Part shown: positions 20,269 through 30,220 of the stretch, one piece after another | How the letters are laid out: each line of letters opens with the position of its first letter | How positions within the stretch are numbered: the stretch's first letter is position 1 | Source of the DNA: Candidatus Krumholzibacteriia bacterium | GTDB lineage: Bacteria; Krumholzibacteriota; Krumholzibacteriia; JAJRXK01 | Reading direction: 5' to 3' | Assembly (NCBI GenBank): GCA_041484665.1 | Contig: JBGPIA010000001.1 | Coordinates: 928,001 to 992,000 of the forward strand | Length of the DNA stretch: 64,000 nt | Program-made: the position numbers and the translations under genes | The notes under the pieces: generated by a model | Told to the model about the DNA's origin: nothing | Database searches by the model: none | What the model saw: only the letters and a program-made list of their open reading frames with translations

Positions 20269-20383
20269 CGCCACCCGCCGGGATGGAACCAGCGCTTCCA
20301 CGGCGGGGTTCCATGCGGCGATGATGGGCGAGCGCCCGCGATCCGTGGGCATCTTCAACCCCCCGACCTGGATGGCACGCCAG

Positions 20384-21799
20384 ATGACGAGGTTGCAGAC
20401 GACGCACCGAGCTTGTGCAGTCGTGCTGACCGCGATGACGGCGCTGCTTCCCGGCGCCAGTGCGGCCACGCTTCAGGACGAAGGCGCCACGGCGACCGAT
20501 TCCCTCTCGATCACCCAATGCGTGCAACTGGCGCGCCGTGCGGCGCCCGACGTCTGCGCCACCCGCACCGAGCTTGAGGCCGCACGCCTCGACTCGGCTG
20601 CGGTCCAGCGCAACCGCCGCCCGGAGTTGGCCGTGATCGGCGGGGCACTGGTGGCACCAGATGGCTTCTACGACCCGGTCATCACCAACCTGGGCGAATA
20701 CCAATTGAAAATGGGGGCCCAGTGGCCGCTGGTGGACGGGGGCAGCCGCCGCCGCGCGCGTGACCGCAGCACGCTCACGGCGCAGGGCGCTGCCCTGGAG
20801 CTGGAGCTGTCCCGCCGCCAAGCCGGCCTGCGGGCCGGCGCGCTGGCAGCGGGCATCCTCCAGTTGCGCGAGGTCGAGAGCGCGAAGCGGGAGACGCTCG
20901 ATTGGCTGAACCGGCTGTCCGCGTTGGTCGAAGGTGGTGTGCGCGCCGGCGTGCGTGGCCGTTCCGATCTGCTGCGTGTGGCGTTGGAGCGCAGCGACGT
21001 CCAGACCACCATCGACGGCACGGGAGTCGAGCGGGAAGCCCTCGCGCGCGAGCTCGGGCAGCTGCTAGGGCTGCCGGCCAGCACGCCGCCATTGCTGCGT
21101 ACGCCGGACTCGGCGCAGGACGCAAAGCCGACGGCGGCCGACTCGGCCCGCGTGTTCGCCGCAGTGGCCAACGCGCCGGAGGTCCGGCAAGCTCAGCTCG
21201 CCGCAGCGCTGCATCGCCTGGACGTGGACGACGTGGTCCACCGCAGCGCCCTGCAGCTCGAGCTGGCCGCCGACGCCGGCCTCGCCGGGGCGGATCTCAC
21301 TTCGGCGGTGCCGCCGGATCTGCAAGCCGCAGACCCCAAGGCCACGGTAGTCGATCGGCTGCGGCGCGATCTGGGCGCATCGGTGTCAATTCAGATGCGG
21401 CGGCCACTACTGGATCGCGCGCGCGAGCTGGCCGTCCGCTCGCAGGAGGCAGGCTTGCGTGCAAGCGCACTGCGCCTGGCCGCGGAGCAGCAGGCCCAGA
21501 CGCGGCTGGCCATGGACCTGCTGGCACGCTGGGGGGCCGCCGCACGCCGTGTCGCGTCGGCGCAGCAGACGGCGGAGCAAGCCGAGGAGAATCGACTCAT
21601 GCAGCAAAGCTTGTACGTGTCCGGGGCTACCACACTGCTCGAGCTGCTCGATGCGCGCGGCACGCTGGAAGCAGCCCGCGCGCGCCTAGCCAGCGCCCGC
21701 CTCGATCAGCGGATGGCCCAGCTGGAAGCGGCGGCCCGCGTGGAGGCGGCGGAGTGGGCGGAGATCAATCTGCGGGTGGGAGGGGGGAGCGGACGATGA
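20384..21799 (+). CDS. TolC-family outer membrane efflux protein
   Basis: Signal peptide, LSITQCVQLA, duplicated helical repeats, YVSGATTLLELLDAR; operon context. Confidence 0.85.
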   Translation: MTRLQTTHRACAVVLTAMTALLPGASAATLQDEGATATDSLSITQCVQLARRAAPDVCATRTELEAARLDSAAVQRNRRPELAVIGGALVAPDGFYDPVITNLGEYQLKMGAQWPLVDGGSRRRARDRSTLTAQGAALELELSRRQAGLRAGALAAGILQLREVESAKRETLDWLNRLSALVEGGVRAGVRGRSDLLRVALERSDVQTTIDGTGVEREALARELGQLLGLPASTPPLLRTPDSAQDAKPTAADSARVFAAVANAPEVRQAQLAAALHRLDVDDVVHRSALQLELAADAGLAGADLTSAVPPDLQAADPKATVVDRLRRDLGASVSIQMRRPLLDRARELAVRSQEAGLRASALRLAAEQQAQTRLAMDLLARWGAAARRVASAQQTAEQAEENRLMQQSLYVSGATTLLELLDARGTLEAARARLASARLDQRMAQLEAAARVEAAEWAEINLRVGGGSGR

Positions 21800-22827
21800 C
21801 ACGCTGCGCGCGTCACATCCTGTTCGCGGCCGCGCTGGCTGCATTCTTCGCCGGTTGCGGTCGCGGGGCCGCGACAAAGCAAACCGCAGGGGAGCAGACC
21901 AACTCGCTACCGGGCGCAGAGGATGCGCACGCAGCGGAGCCCGTGGTGAGAGTCCGCACCCGGTTTCTCGAGGTGCGGCAGTTCGAGGACGTGGTGACCG
22001 TCCCCGGCCAGTGGCATTCGGCCGGCGACTTGGTCATCACAGCTCCGTTCGCGGCCTGGGTGGAATCCCTGGCCGTGGGGGTGGGAGATCTCGTCGAGCC
22101 TGGCCGAACACTCGGCTGGCTCGAGACGCGCGAGTCCGCTTCCGCGCTGGCCGGCGCCCGCCTGCTGATTCGGGAGGCGCGCGACGACGCTGCCTCGACT
22201 GAGGCGCAGCGCGCGCTGGAGCTGGCGCTGCGGGGCCGCGTGCGCGTTCCATTGACGGCGGCCGTGCGCGGAGTCGTGGTGCAGCGGTTGGTGCCGCCGG
22301 GCAGCCAAGTGGCCGAGTCGGCGGAGATCCTGCGCGTGGTGCCCGAGGACGCGGTCGTGTTCGAAGCGCGCGTGCCGGCCTCGATCGCCCCGCGCCTCCG
22401 GCCAGGGCAGTCCGCTCGGATCGACGAGGAAGGCCAGGCGGTGCGCAAAGCGGTCCTGCGTCGGGTGCTGCCGGTCACCGATGCCCAAGATCAGACGGTG
22501 CTCGCCTGGCTGGCGGCCGATGCGGGCGGCGCCGGGACGAACCGGCCGCGGCTGGACCATTTCGGCGCTGCCGTCATCCGTTTGGGTCCGACCCGCATGG
22601 CGCTGGCGGTGCCCGATTCGGCAATCTTCGAGGACGACCTGACCGGACAAAAGCGCGTGGCCGTCGTATCCGGTGATCGCGCTGCGTGGACGCCGGTGAC
22701 CCTGGGAACGGGCGCCGCGGGCTGGCACGAGGTGGTGGTCGCGCCAGGGCTCGCGGCGGGGCAGCGCGTGATCGTCGAGGGCCAGCACGGCCTGCCTGAC
22801 AGCACCCGCGTCCGGGTGGCTTCGTGA
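21796..22827 (+). CDS. RND periplasmic adaptor (MFP), lipoprotein
   Basis: FFAGC lipobox, VGDLVEPG lipoyl-like halves, GLAAGQRVIVEG; ATGA overlap. Confidence 0.88.
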   Translation: MTRCARHILFAAALAAFFAGCGRGAATKQTAGEQTNSLPGAEDAHAAEPVVRVRTRFLEVRQFEDVVTVPGQWHSAGDLVITAPFAAWVESLAVGVGDLVEPGRTLGWLETRESASALAGARLLIREARDDAASTEAQRALELALRGRVRVPLTAAVRGVVVQRLVPPGSQVAESAEILRVVPEDAVVFEARVPASIAPRLRPGQSARIDEEGQAVRKAVLRRVLPVTDAQDQTVLAWLAADAGGAGTNRPRLDHFGAAVIRLGPTRMALAVPDSAIFEDDLTGQKRVAVVSGDRAAWTPVTLGTGAAGWHEVVVAPGLAAGQRVIVEGQHGLPDSTRVRVAS

Positions 22828-25800
22828 AAGCATTCTTCGAGTTCGTGCTCCGGCAGTGGCGTGCCGTCTCTTTCGCTTGCGTGGCGATGACGGCGCTAGG
22901 CCTGGCGATCGGGTTGCAGCTGCCGGCGGCCATCCTGCCCGACGTCACCTTCCCCCGCATCACGGTGATCGCCGACAGCGGTGAGCGCCCGGGTGAGGAG
23001 ATGCTGCGCGCGGTCACGCGCCCCCTCGAGGTATCGATCCGGCGGGTGCCAGGGGTGAAAGAGATGCGCTCCAAAACCAGCCGTGGATCGACCGAGATCA
23101 ATCTCGATTGCGAATGGAGCTCGGACATGGACCTGACGCTGCAGCGCGTGCAGGCCCAGATCGACGCGACCCGCTCAGCGCTGCCGTCCGGGACGAGCGT
23201 GGAGGCGCGTCTGATGAACCCCACGTTGTTTCCGGTGCTCGGCTACTCGCTGACCTCCGACACCCGTAGCCTGGCACAGCTGCGCGATCTCGCCGAGCTG
23301 GTCCTGAAGCCCGAGTTGGGCCGACTGCCCGGAGCGGCGGAGGTGGTCGTGCAGGGCGGACGTCGGCTGGAGGCACGCGTGACGCTCGACCCCACCGCCC
23401 TCGAGGCCCGGGGGCTGCGAGCGCAGGATGTGGCCGAGACACTGCAGCGCGCCACCGAGCTCCGGTCCGTGGGTCTGGTGGACGCCAACCGTGAGCTGTA
23501 CCTGGGGCTGGTCGATGCCCGTCCCCCAGGCCTTGCAGCGCTGGCAGAGATCTCCGTCGCGGTGCGTGGTGGGCAGCCCGTGCCGCTCGCCCAACTCGGA
23601 CACATCTCGCTGGAGGAGGCGCCCGAGTTCGTGCGCTATGCGGCACGGTCGCGCGAGGCGGTGTTGCTCAATGTGATGCGCCGGCCGTCCGCCAGCACGC
23701 TCGGCCTGGCACGCGCCGTCCATGGATGGCTCGCCGTCCATCGCAAGCTGATCCCCGCCGACGTCCAGATCGAAGCGTTCTACGACCAGTCGGACCTGGT
23801 GCGCAGCTCCGTGGGCAGCGTGCGCGACAGCCTGCTGGTAGGGGCTCTGCTGGCGGTCGTGGTGGTCATGCTCTTCCTGCGCAGCCCGCGCTTGGGACTG
23901 GCCGGCGCGATCGTGCTCCCGGGCAGCGTGGCGCTGACGCTGCTGGGACTGTGGCTCACGCATCAGTCGCTCAACATGATGACCCTGGGGGGCATGGCGG
24001 CAGCGGTCGGCCTGGTCCTGGACGATGCGATAGTCGTCGTCGAGCACGTGGCGCACCGGGCCGCTGCGCGCGCAACGCAGCACGGACAGCCCTCGTCCGC
24101 GCAGGGGCACGCAGAGGCAATGCGGGAGATCCTGCTGCCCCTGCTCGGCTCGAGCCTGTGCACCATCGCCATCTTCGTGCCGTTCATCCTGCTGGGCGGA
24201 GTAGCCGGCGCGTTCTTCAAAGTACTGGCACTCACCATGACGCTGATGCTGTGCAGTTCTTTCGTCCTGTGTATCACCTTCGTGCCGTTGGTCAGCAGGG
24301 TGCGTCCCGCAGCGCGCCGCCCCTCGCGCGGCGACGGCGCGCTGGGGCGCGTCCTGGAGTTCTCCGTGCGCCATGGCTGGGCCGGTCTGCTGGCCGCCGC
24401 CCTGCTCGTGGCCGCGGCCATACCGCTGCGCGCGAGTCTGGGCAGCGGCTTCCTGCCCGAAATGGACGAAGGGTCGCTGATCATCGACTACGTCTCGCCG
24501 CCGGGCACTTCGCTGGTCGAGACGGATCGCATCCTCAGGGAGGTGGAACGTGAGATCACGGCTACCCCCGAGATCGAGGCCTGGTCCCGCCGCACCGGCG
24601 ATCAGCTCGGCTTCTTCATCACCGAGCCCAACGGTGGCGACTACGTGTTGAAGCTCCGGCAGCGACGCCGGCGCTCAGCGGAGGAAGTGGCCGACGATCT
24701 GCGCCAGCGGATTGAGGCTTCGCAGCCGTCGCTGCAGATCGAGTTCGGCCAGCTGGTGGAAGACGTGATCGGTGACCTGACTTCCAACCCCCAGCCGATC
24801 GAGGTCCGGGTGTTCGGCGAGGACCGGCCCCTGAGCGAGAGCTTCGCGCAACGGGTTGCACAGATCCTGGACCAAGTGCCAGGCGTGGTGGATGTCCGCA
24901 GCGGTGTCGTGGTCAGCGGCCCCAACGTCGCGATCGTCCCCGGCTCTACAGCGATACGGCTGGGTCTGGACGCCCCCGCGCTGGCGGACGGCGTATTGCC
25001 CGCGGTGGCAGGACTGGACGCAGGGCAGATCCTGCGCGGGGCGCGTGTGTGGCCCATCCGCATCGTTCTTCCGCCGGGCGGCAAGGTCACAGCGGCGCAG
25101 GACTTGGGGCAGCTCCGGCTGCCGGCTGCTCCGGGCCGATGGCTGCCGTTGGCGGGCCTGGCAGAAGTGCGCGTGGAGCCGGGGCAGACCGAGATCGCTC
25201 GCGACGACCAGCGGACCATGGTGTCCGTGACCGCGCGGCTCTCCCACCGTGATCTGGGCTCGGCCATGAGCGAGATCCAGGCGCGTCTCGACCACGGGTT
25301 GGCCCTGCCGCTAGACATGAGTCTCCACTATGGGGGGTTGTTTGAGGAGCAGCAGGCGTCCTTTCGGGGGCTGGCTTCCGTCTTGGCCGGCGCCACGGCC
25401 GCGGTGCTTCTGATCCTGTTGGTCAGCTTCCGGTCGTGGCGCCAGACGCTGGGAGTGTTGCTGGTCGTGGCCGCCTCGCTGGCCGGCGTCCTGGGCGCCC
25501 TGCACGTGGCGGGCGCGACCTTCAACATCTCGAGTTTCGTCGGCGCCATCATGATGGTGGGCATCGTGTCCGAGAACGCCTACTTCCTGGTAATCAGCTA
25601 TCGCGAGTCCGTGGCCCAGGGGGCCACGGCGGTGGAAGCGGCCTCGGCTGCCGCGCGGCGCCGCACCCGGCCGGTGCTCATGACCATCGCAGCGGGGATC
25701 GGCGCGCTCGGACCGCTGGCGGTGGGTCTGGGCGCCGGTAGCGCGCTGCTGAAGCCGTTGGCCGTCGCCGTCATTGGAGGGTTCCTCGTGTCCGGCCCGC

Positions 25801-25889
25801 TGATCTTGGTGGTCCTGCCGTCGCTGCTGGCCGGCGCCCGTGGCGGACGTCTCGGGGCGGTAGGCGCCGCGGGCCCTAACGCCGGGTGA
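22824..25889 (+). CDS. RND efflux permease (AcrB/CusA superfamily)
   Basis: 1021 aa, 12-TM pattern, GLVLDDAIVVVE, GFLPEMDEG, RTRPVLMT. Confidence 0.95.
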   Translation: MKAFFEFVLRQWRAVSFACVAMTALGLAIGLQLPAAILPDVTFPRITVIADSGERPGEEMLRAVTRPLEVSIRRVPGVKEMRSKTSRGSTEINLDCEWSSDMDLTLQRVQAQIDATRSALPSGTSVEARLMNPTLFPVLGYSLTSDTRSLAQLRDLAELVLKPELGRLPGAAEVVVQGGRRLEARVTLDPTALEARGLRAQDVAETLQRATELRSVGLVDANRELYLGLVDARPPGLAALAEISVAVRGGQPVPLAQLGHISLEEAPEFVRYAARSREAVLLNVMRRPSASTLGLARAVHGWLAVHRKLIPADVQIEAFYDQSDLVRSSVGSVRDSLLVGALLAVVVVMLFLRSPRLGLAGAIVLPGSVALTLLGLWLTHQSLNMMTLGGMAAAVGLVLDDAIVVVEHVAHRAAARATQHGQPSSAQGHAEAMREILLPLLGSSLCTIAIFVPFILLGGVAGAFFKVLALTMTLMLCSSFVLCITFVPLVSRVRPAARRPSRGDGALGRVLEFSVRHGWAGLLAAALLVAAAIPLRASLGSGFLPEMDEGSLIIDYVSPPGTSLVETDRILREVEREITATPEIEAWSRRTGDQLGFFITEPNGGDYVLKLRQRRRRSAEEVADDLRQRIEASQPSLQIEFGQLVEDVIGDLTSNPQPIEVRVFGEDRPLSESFAQRVAQILDQVPGVVDVRSGVVVSGPNVAIVPGSTAIRLGLDAPALADGVLPAVAGLDAGQILRGARVWPIRIVLPPGGKVTAAQDLGQLRLPAAPGRWLPLAGLAEVRVEPGQTEIARDDQRTMVSVTARLSHRDLGSAMSEIQARLDHGLALPLDMSLHYGGLFEEQQASFRGLASVLAGATAAVLLILLVSFRSWRQTLGVLLVVAASLAGVLGALHVAGATFNISSFVGAIMMVGIVSENAYFLVISYRESVAQGATAVEAASAAARRRTRPVLMTIAAGIGALGPLAVGLGAGSALLKPLAVAVIGGFLVSGPLILVVLPSLLAGARGGRLGAVGAAGPNAG

Positions 25890-26083
25890 ACGGGCCCGGC
25901 GAACAGGTATCTGCACCAGACGTGTGTGGTTGGGCTGCGGTTCGTCCATCCCACACTCGCCCCGCTGGGATGGCGGAGCGGTCGACCGCGACCACGCCTC
26001 ATGCACTCGTGCTTCGGGCGGTCGAGAGCTTCTGGACCAAGGCCGAGCAGGTCGTCACCACCATCGAGGACGCAGCTGGCGCC

Positions 26084-26524
26084 TCACTCCTCTTCGAGCA
26101 GGGTTCCGTCCTCTGAAAAAGTCGCTTCCTTTTTCGCCTTGCCCAGCCGGAACGCCATCTCGTAGGAGACCTTCCCGTTCGCGGCGGTTTGCTTCACTGC
26201 GCGCGTCGCCTGCGCTTTGGGAAACCTTGTTTCGAGCCCCTGCATGACCGCGGGCGGAACGGCGTCGAGCGCCACCGTCTCCTCCGTCTGCAGGAGGCTT
26301 CCTTGCGGTGTGACGTCGAGCTCGAGCGATTTTCCAGCGCTGGTCTTGATGAGCGCTTCGTATACGACTTTCCCGTCTTCCTTCGTTCGCGCGCAGCGGA
26401 CGATCTTCGATTCGGGGTAGGCTTTGGCAATCGCCGCCTTCACCGGCGCCGGGCACGCGGAACCGACGGACGGCGAGACGACGTATGCCGCCATAACAGC
26501 GACTACGATCCAGATGCTTCGCAT
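26084..26524 (-). CDS. Periplasmic PepSY-like (BLIP-like) repeat protein
   Basis: Signal peptide; two repeats PAPVKAAIAKAYP / PPAVMQGLETRFP each ending YE...ELDVTPQG / EATFSEDG. Confidence 0.8.
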   Translation of the reverse strand: MRSIWIVVAVMAAYVVSPSVGSACPAPVKAAIAKAYPESKIVRCARTKEDGKVVYEALIKTSAGKSLELDVTPQGSLLQTEETVALDAVPPAVMQGLETRFPKAQATRAVKQTAANGKVSYEMAFRLGKAKKEATFSEDGTLLEEE

Positions 26525-26554
26525 GCTTCTCTCCCCTCGTGATGGATCCGCAGA

Positions 26555-27343
26555 TCAGAACTCGAAGGTCTGCCCCACCCGGAGCTGCGCGGCCTGATTG
26601 TTGTCGTAGCTGAGGGAGCCGTACACGAGCAGGCTCCTGCCGATCTGCCGCCCCACGCCGGCCATTCCGACCAGCTCTCCGCCCGCTGCCTCGGGCGCCA
26701 CGGTGCCTGTACTCGGAGTATCCGGCCCCTCGCTGCTGGCGGTGGAGGACGTGTTTCCCAGCACTTCCGCGAAGAGCTGGTAGCGCGAATTGGCACGATA
26801 GATCCCGGCGACGGCGCAGCTGTAGATGTTCTCCAGGCTGATGCCCGTGGGCTGACCGACGACAGTGTAGGCCAGGTTCGCGTGGACTTCGAGCCTTCCG
26901 AACGTCTTGCTGGCGATCAGGTAGCCCGCGTAGTCGGTCCGCCCGGTACCGATCAACGCATCCCGAGCCATGGTGAGTTTCACCTCACCGGCCAGCGCGA
27001 GTGCCGGGAACGATTGGCTCTCCTGTCGGAAGCGGTACGTCAGCGTCGTCTCGAAGTCGCCGGCTCCGGTCGCGTGCCGGCCTGCCTTGGGCCGGATCGC
27101 GGTATAGGCGACCGGTTCCAGCAAGAGCTCGAGCTGGCTCGTGACGCCATACTCGATTGCGACGGGAACGGCCATCTCGGTGCCTTCCGACGATGCCTGG
27201 ATCTCGCACGCGCTTCCGGCCTTCCACTGGCCTATCTGCTGGAGGTAGGCCGTTTCGGTCTCGAGCGTCTGCGCATTGCACTGGCCGATCGCCACGAGAG
27301 ACAGAAGCAGGGATGTCACGACGGCGGACGCGGTCCTGATCAT
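26555..27343 (-). CDS. Outer-membrane beta-barrel 'transporter' (MetA-pathway/phenol-degradation-like)
   Basis: Signal peptide, EYGVT..LELLL, GAGD, alternating beta pattern, terminal Phe. Confidence 0.7.
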   Translation of the reverse strand: MIRTASAVVTSLLLSLVAIGQCNAQTLETETAYLQQIGQWKAGSACEIQASSEGTEMAVPVAIEYGVTSQLELLLEPVAYTAIRPKAGRHATGAGDFETTLTYRFRQESQSFPALALAGEVKLTMARDALIGTGRTDYAGYLIASKTFGRLEVHANLAYTVVGQPTGISLENIYSCAVAGIYRANSRYQLFAEVLGNTSSTASSEGPDTPSTGTVAPEAAGGELVGMAGVGRQIGRSLLVYGSLSYDNNQAAQLRVGQTFEF

Positions 27344-27517
27344 GGTGTCCTCCCCCCTGCAGAGCGAGCGCGGGCGCGGCACGCTCGCCCGAATCCGGGA
27401 CGGCGGTCAAGCGCTCCGCCGAATCGGCGCCGCGCCGTCACGCCCACACCGCGGCGAGCCCGTGCAAAGTACGGTGCGGGTCGGCCCGACACAAACTGCG
27501 CCGGGCCCCCCCCCACG

Positions 27518-29005
27518 CTACCCAGCCCGCAGGTGGCTGCGGCGATAGCCATAGAAGAAGTAGATCACCATCCCCACCACGAGCCACAGCCCAAACCGCA
27601 CCCAGGTCACCCAGGGCAGCCCCGTCATCAGGTAGATGCACGAAGCGATCCCCAGGAGCGGGATGAGCGGGACCAGCGGCGTCTTGAAGCTTCGCGGCCG
27701 GTCTGGATCCCGCTTGCGCAGGATCAGGATACCGGCGCAGACCAGAGTGAATGCGAAGAGCGTTCCGATGTTGGTCAGGTCGACCATCTCATCGATGCTG
27801 GTGAACATCGAGCAGACGCCGACAGCGACCCCGGTGAAGATGGTCGTGACGTGCGGCGTGCGGAAGCGCGGGTGCACCCGGGCGAAGCTCTGCGGCAACA
27901 GGCCGTCGCGCGCCATCGAGAAGAAGATCCGCGGCTGGCCGAGCTGGAACACCAGCAGCACCGCTGTGTGCGCCACAACCGATCCAAAGGCCACGATCCC
28001 CACGAACAGCGAGCCCCAGCGTTTGATGTCGGCATACTGCAGCGCCATGGTGAGCGGCTCGGCCTGCTCGGTGGCGAGCTTCTTCACCAGGTCGTGGTAC
28101 GGGATGATGCCGGTGAAGACGGCCGCGACCACGATGTAGACGACCGTGCACACGATCAAGGAGCCGATGATGCCGATGGGCAGGTTGCGCTTGGGATTGC
28201 GCGTCTCCTCCGCCACGGTCGAGACGGCGTCGAACCCGATGTAGGCGAAGAAGACGATGGCGGCCCCGGCCCGGACTCCCGCCCAGCCGTTGGGCGCAAA
28301 CGGGTGCCAGTTCTCCGGCTTGACGTACTTCGTGCCCACGACCACGAAGAACCCCAGCACGATCAGCTTGAGCACTACCATCCCGGAGTTGATGGAGGCG
28401 CTCTGGCGGATGCCGATCACCAGGACGATCGTGATCGCCGCAACGATGGCGAATGCGAGGATGTTGAAGACGATGGGGATGCCGAAGATGTGGGGCGCAC
28501 TCTCCAACAGGCCAGGAATGTGCGCTGCCGTCCGATAGTCGGTGGAGATCCACGCCGGGATGTGGATGCCGAAGCCGGCGACGAGCGTCTTGAAGTAATT
28601 GCCCCAGCTGATCGCGACCGCGACGTTGCCGACCGCGTACTCGATGATCAGGTCCCAGCCGATGATCCACGCCACGAGCTCGCCCAGCGTGGCGTAGGAG
28701 TAGGTGTAGGCGCTGCCGGAGATGGGCACCATGGCTGCGAACTCGGCGTAGCAGAGCGCAGCGAATCCGCAGGCGATGCCGGTGACGACGAAGGAGAGGA
28801 TCAGCGCCGGCCCCGCGCCCGGACGGGCGGCGTCGCCTGCGGTGGCAGTGCCGATGGTGGCGAAGATCCCCGCGCCAATAATGGCGCCGATCCCCAGCAT
28901 GACCACGTCGAACGAGCCGAGCGCGCGCTTGAGTTGATGCGCAGGCGTCTCCCCCTCGTGAAGGAGCGCATCGAGACTCTTGGTGCGGAACAGGCGTGAG
29001 AGCAT
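27518..29005 (-). CDS. APC family amino acid permease
   Basis: GIGAIIGAGIF, LCYAEFAAMVPISGSAYTY, FFAYIGFDAVST, MARDGLLP. Confidence 0.95.
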   Translation of the reverse strand: MLSRLFRTKSLDALLHEGETPAHQLKRALGSFDVVMLGIGAIIGAGIFATIGTATAGDAARPGAGPALILSFVVTGIACGFAALCYAEFAAMVPISGSAYTYSYATLGELVAWIIGWDLIIEYAVGNVAVAISWGNYFKTLVAGFGIHIPAWISTDYRTAAHIPGLLESAPHIFGIPIVFNILAFAIVAAITIVLVIGIRQSASINSGMVVLKLIVLGFFVVVGTKYVKPENWHPFAPNGWAGVRAGAAIVFFAYIGFDAVSTVAEETRNPKRNLPIGIIGSLIVCTVVYIVVAAVFTGIIPYHDLVKKLATEQAEPLTMALQYADIKRWGSLFVGIVAFGSVVAHTAVLLVFQLGQPRIFFSMARDGLLPQSFARVHPRFRTPHVTTIFTGVAVGVCSMFTSIDEMVDLTNIGTLFAFTLVCAGILILRKRDPDRPRSFKTPLVPLIPLLGIASCIYLMTGLPWVTWVRFGLWLVVGMVIYFFYGYRRSHLRAG

Positions 29006-29172
29006 GCAGCCTCGCGGGGTCGGGCCTCCAGCAGACTTGGCGCAACCGCAGGCACCGTCAAGGGAAAACTGGCTGATTTCCGCCGTCGGGGCCGCCGTTG
29101 CCGGCGCCGCTGCTGCCGCCCCAACTTCCCCCGCCGCAGAGGCAGGACTTCCTGTCTGGGCGCTGTCGCGGG

Positions 29173-29181
29173 TGTTATCTT
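29173..29181 (+). promoter_or_regulatory. Candidate extended -10 (TGtTATCTT) for the hyp operon
   Basis: Motif lies 26 nt upstream of the hypA ATG, in the divergent intergenic region. Confidence 0.4.
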
Positions 29182-29207
29182 TGGGACAATCCCGTCAGGA
29201 GCCCCCC

Positions 29208-29567
29208 ATGCACGAGCTGTCGATCGCCTGGAACATCCTGGAGATCGTCCGGCAGCACGCTCCGGACGGACACGGCACGGATGTCCGGGCGGTGCGCGTG
29301 CGGATCGGCCCGCTGGCGGGCGTGGTCCCCGAATCGCTGGAGTTCTGCTTCCAGGCCCTCGTCCGGGAGACCCCTCTCCAGCACGCCGTCCTGCAGATCG
29401 ACCGGATTGCGATCCGGTACCACTGCCAGGACTGCGGCACGACCGGCGAGCTGCAGGAGCCCGAATTCCGCTGCCCGGCGTGCGCTGGAGCGATCCGCCT
29501 GTCGGGCGGAGATGAGTTGCAGGTGGTGGAGATCGAGCTGGCCGACTCGGCCGCGGAGGTGCCATGA
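29208..29567 (+). CDS. hypA: Hydrogenase maturation nickel metallochaperone
   Basis: MHELSIA N-terminus, CQDC/CPAC; AGGAG RBS. Confidence 0.97.
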   Translation: MHELSIAWNILEIVRQHAPDGHGTDVRAVRVRIGPLAGVVPESLEFCFQALVRETPLQHAVLQIDRIAIRYHCQDCGTTGELQEPEFRCPACAGAIRLSGGDELQVVEIELADSAAEVP

Positions 29568-30220
29568 GCCACATCACCATCGAGCGCAAGGTGCTGGAGC
29601 GCAACGACGAGCTGGCGCGCCGCAACCGCGAGCTGCTGGCCCACCACGGCATCTTCGCCATCAACATGGTCAGCTCGCCCGGCGCGGGAAAGACCTGCAT
29701 CCTCGAGCGTACGCTCGAGCATCTCGAGGGCCAGCTCTCAGTGCGCGTGATCGAGGGGGACGTACAGACCGACCTCGACGCCCAGCGCGTCTCCCGTTAC
29801 AACGTCCCCGTCGTCCAGATCGTCACCAACGGGGCATGCCACCTCGAGGCCAAGCTCGTACAGGACGCCTTGGCGCAACTGGAGCTGGCGCACACCGACC
29901 TGCTCATCATCGAAAACGTGGGCAACCTCGTCTGCCCGGCGAGCTTCGATCTGGGCGAGCACTTAAAGGTGGTCGTCGTCAGCACGACGGAGGGTGACGA
30001 CAAGCCTCTGAAGTACCCGGCGATGTTCCGCAACGCCTCCGTCCTCATCATCAACAAGACGGACCTGCTCCCTTACGTGAACTGCGATCTGCAGGCGCTG
30101 CGCCGCAACGCCCTGCAGATCAATCCAGCGCTGCGCGTATTCGAGACGTCGTGCACGACGCAGGCGGGCATCCCGCAGTGGTGCGCCTGGCTGCGGGAGC
30201 AGGTCTTGGCACGGACGTGA
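29564..30220 (+). CDS. hypB: Hydrogenase nickel incorporation GTPase (short form, no His-rich N-terminus)
   Basis: SSPGAGKT, GACHL, ENVGNLVCPA, EGDDKPLKYP, NKTD. Confidence 0.97.
   Translation: MSHITIERKVLERNDELARRNRELLAHHGIFAINMVSSPGAGKTCILERTLEHLEGQLSVRVIEGDVQTDLDAQRVSRYNVPVVQIVTNGACHLEAKLVQDALAQLELAHTDLLIIENVGNLVCPASFDLGEHLKVVVVSTTEGDDKPLKYPAMFRNASVLIINKTDLLPYVNCDLQALRRNALQINPALRVFETSCTTQAGIPQWCAWLREQVLART

Noticed and set aside
26882..28999. Long ORFs antisense or frame-shifted to real genes (e.g. 26882-28999 +, 18430-20469 -, 55642-58239 -, 38-772 +)
   Set aside because: Shadow ORFs expected at high GC; they overlap motif-supported genes and have no recognisable motifs
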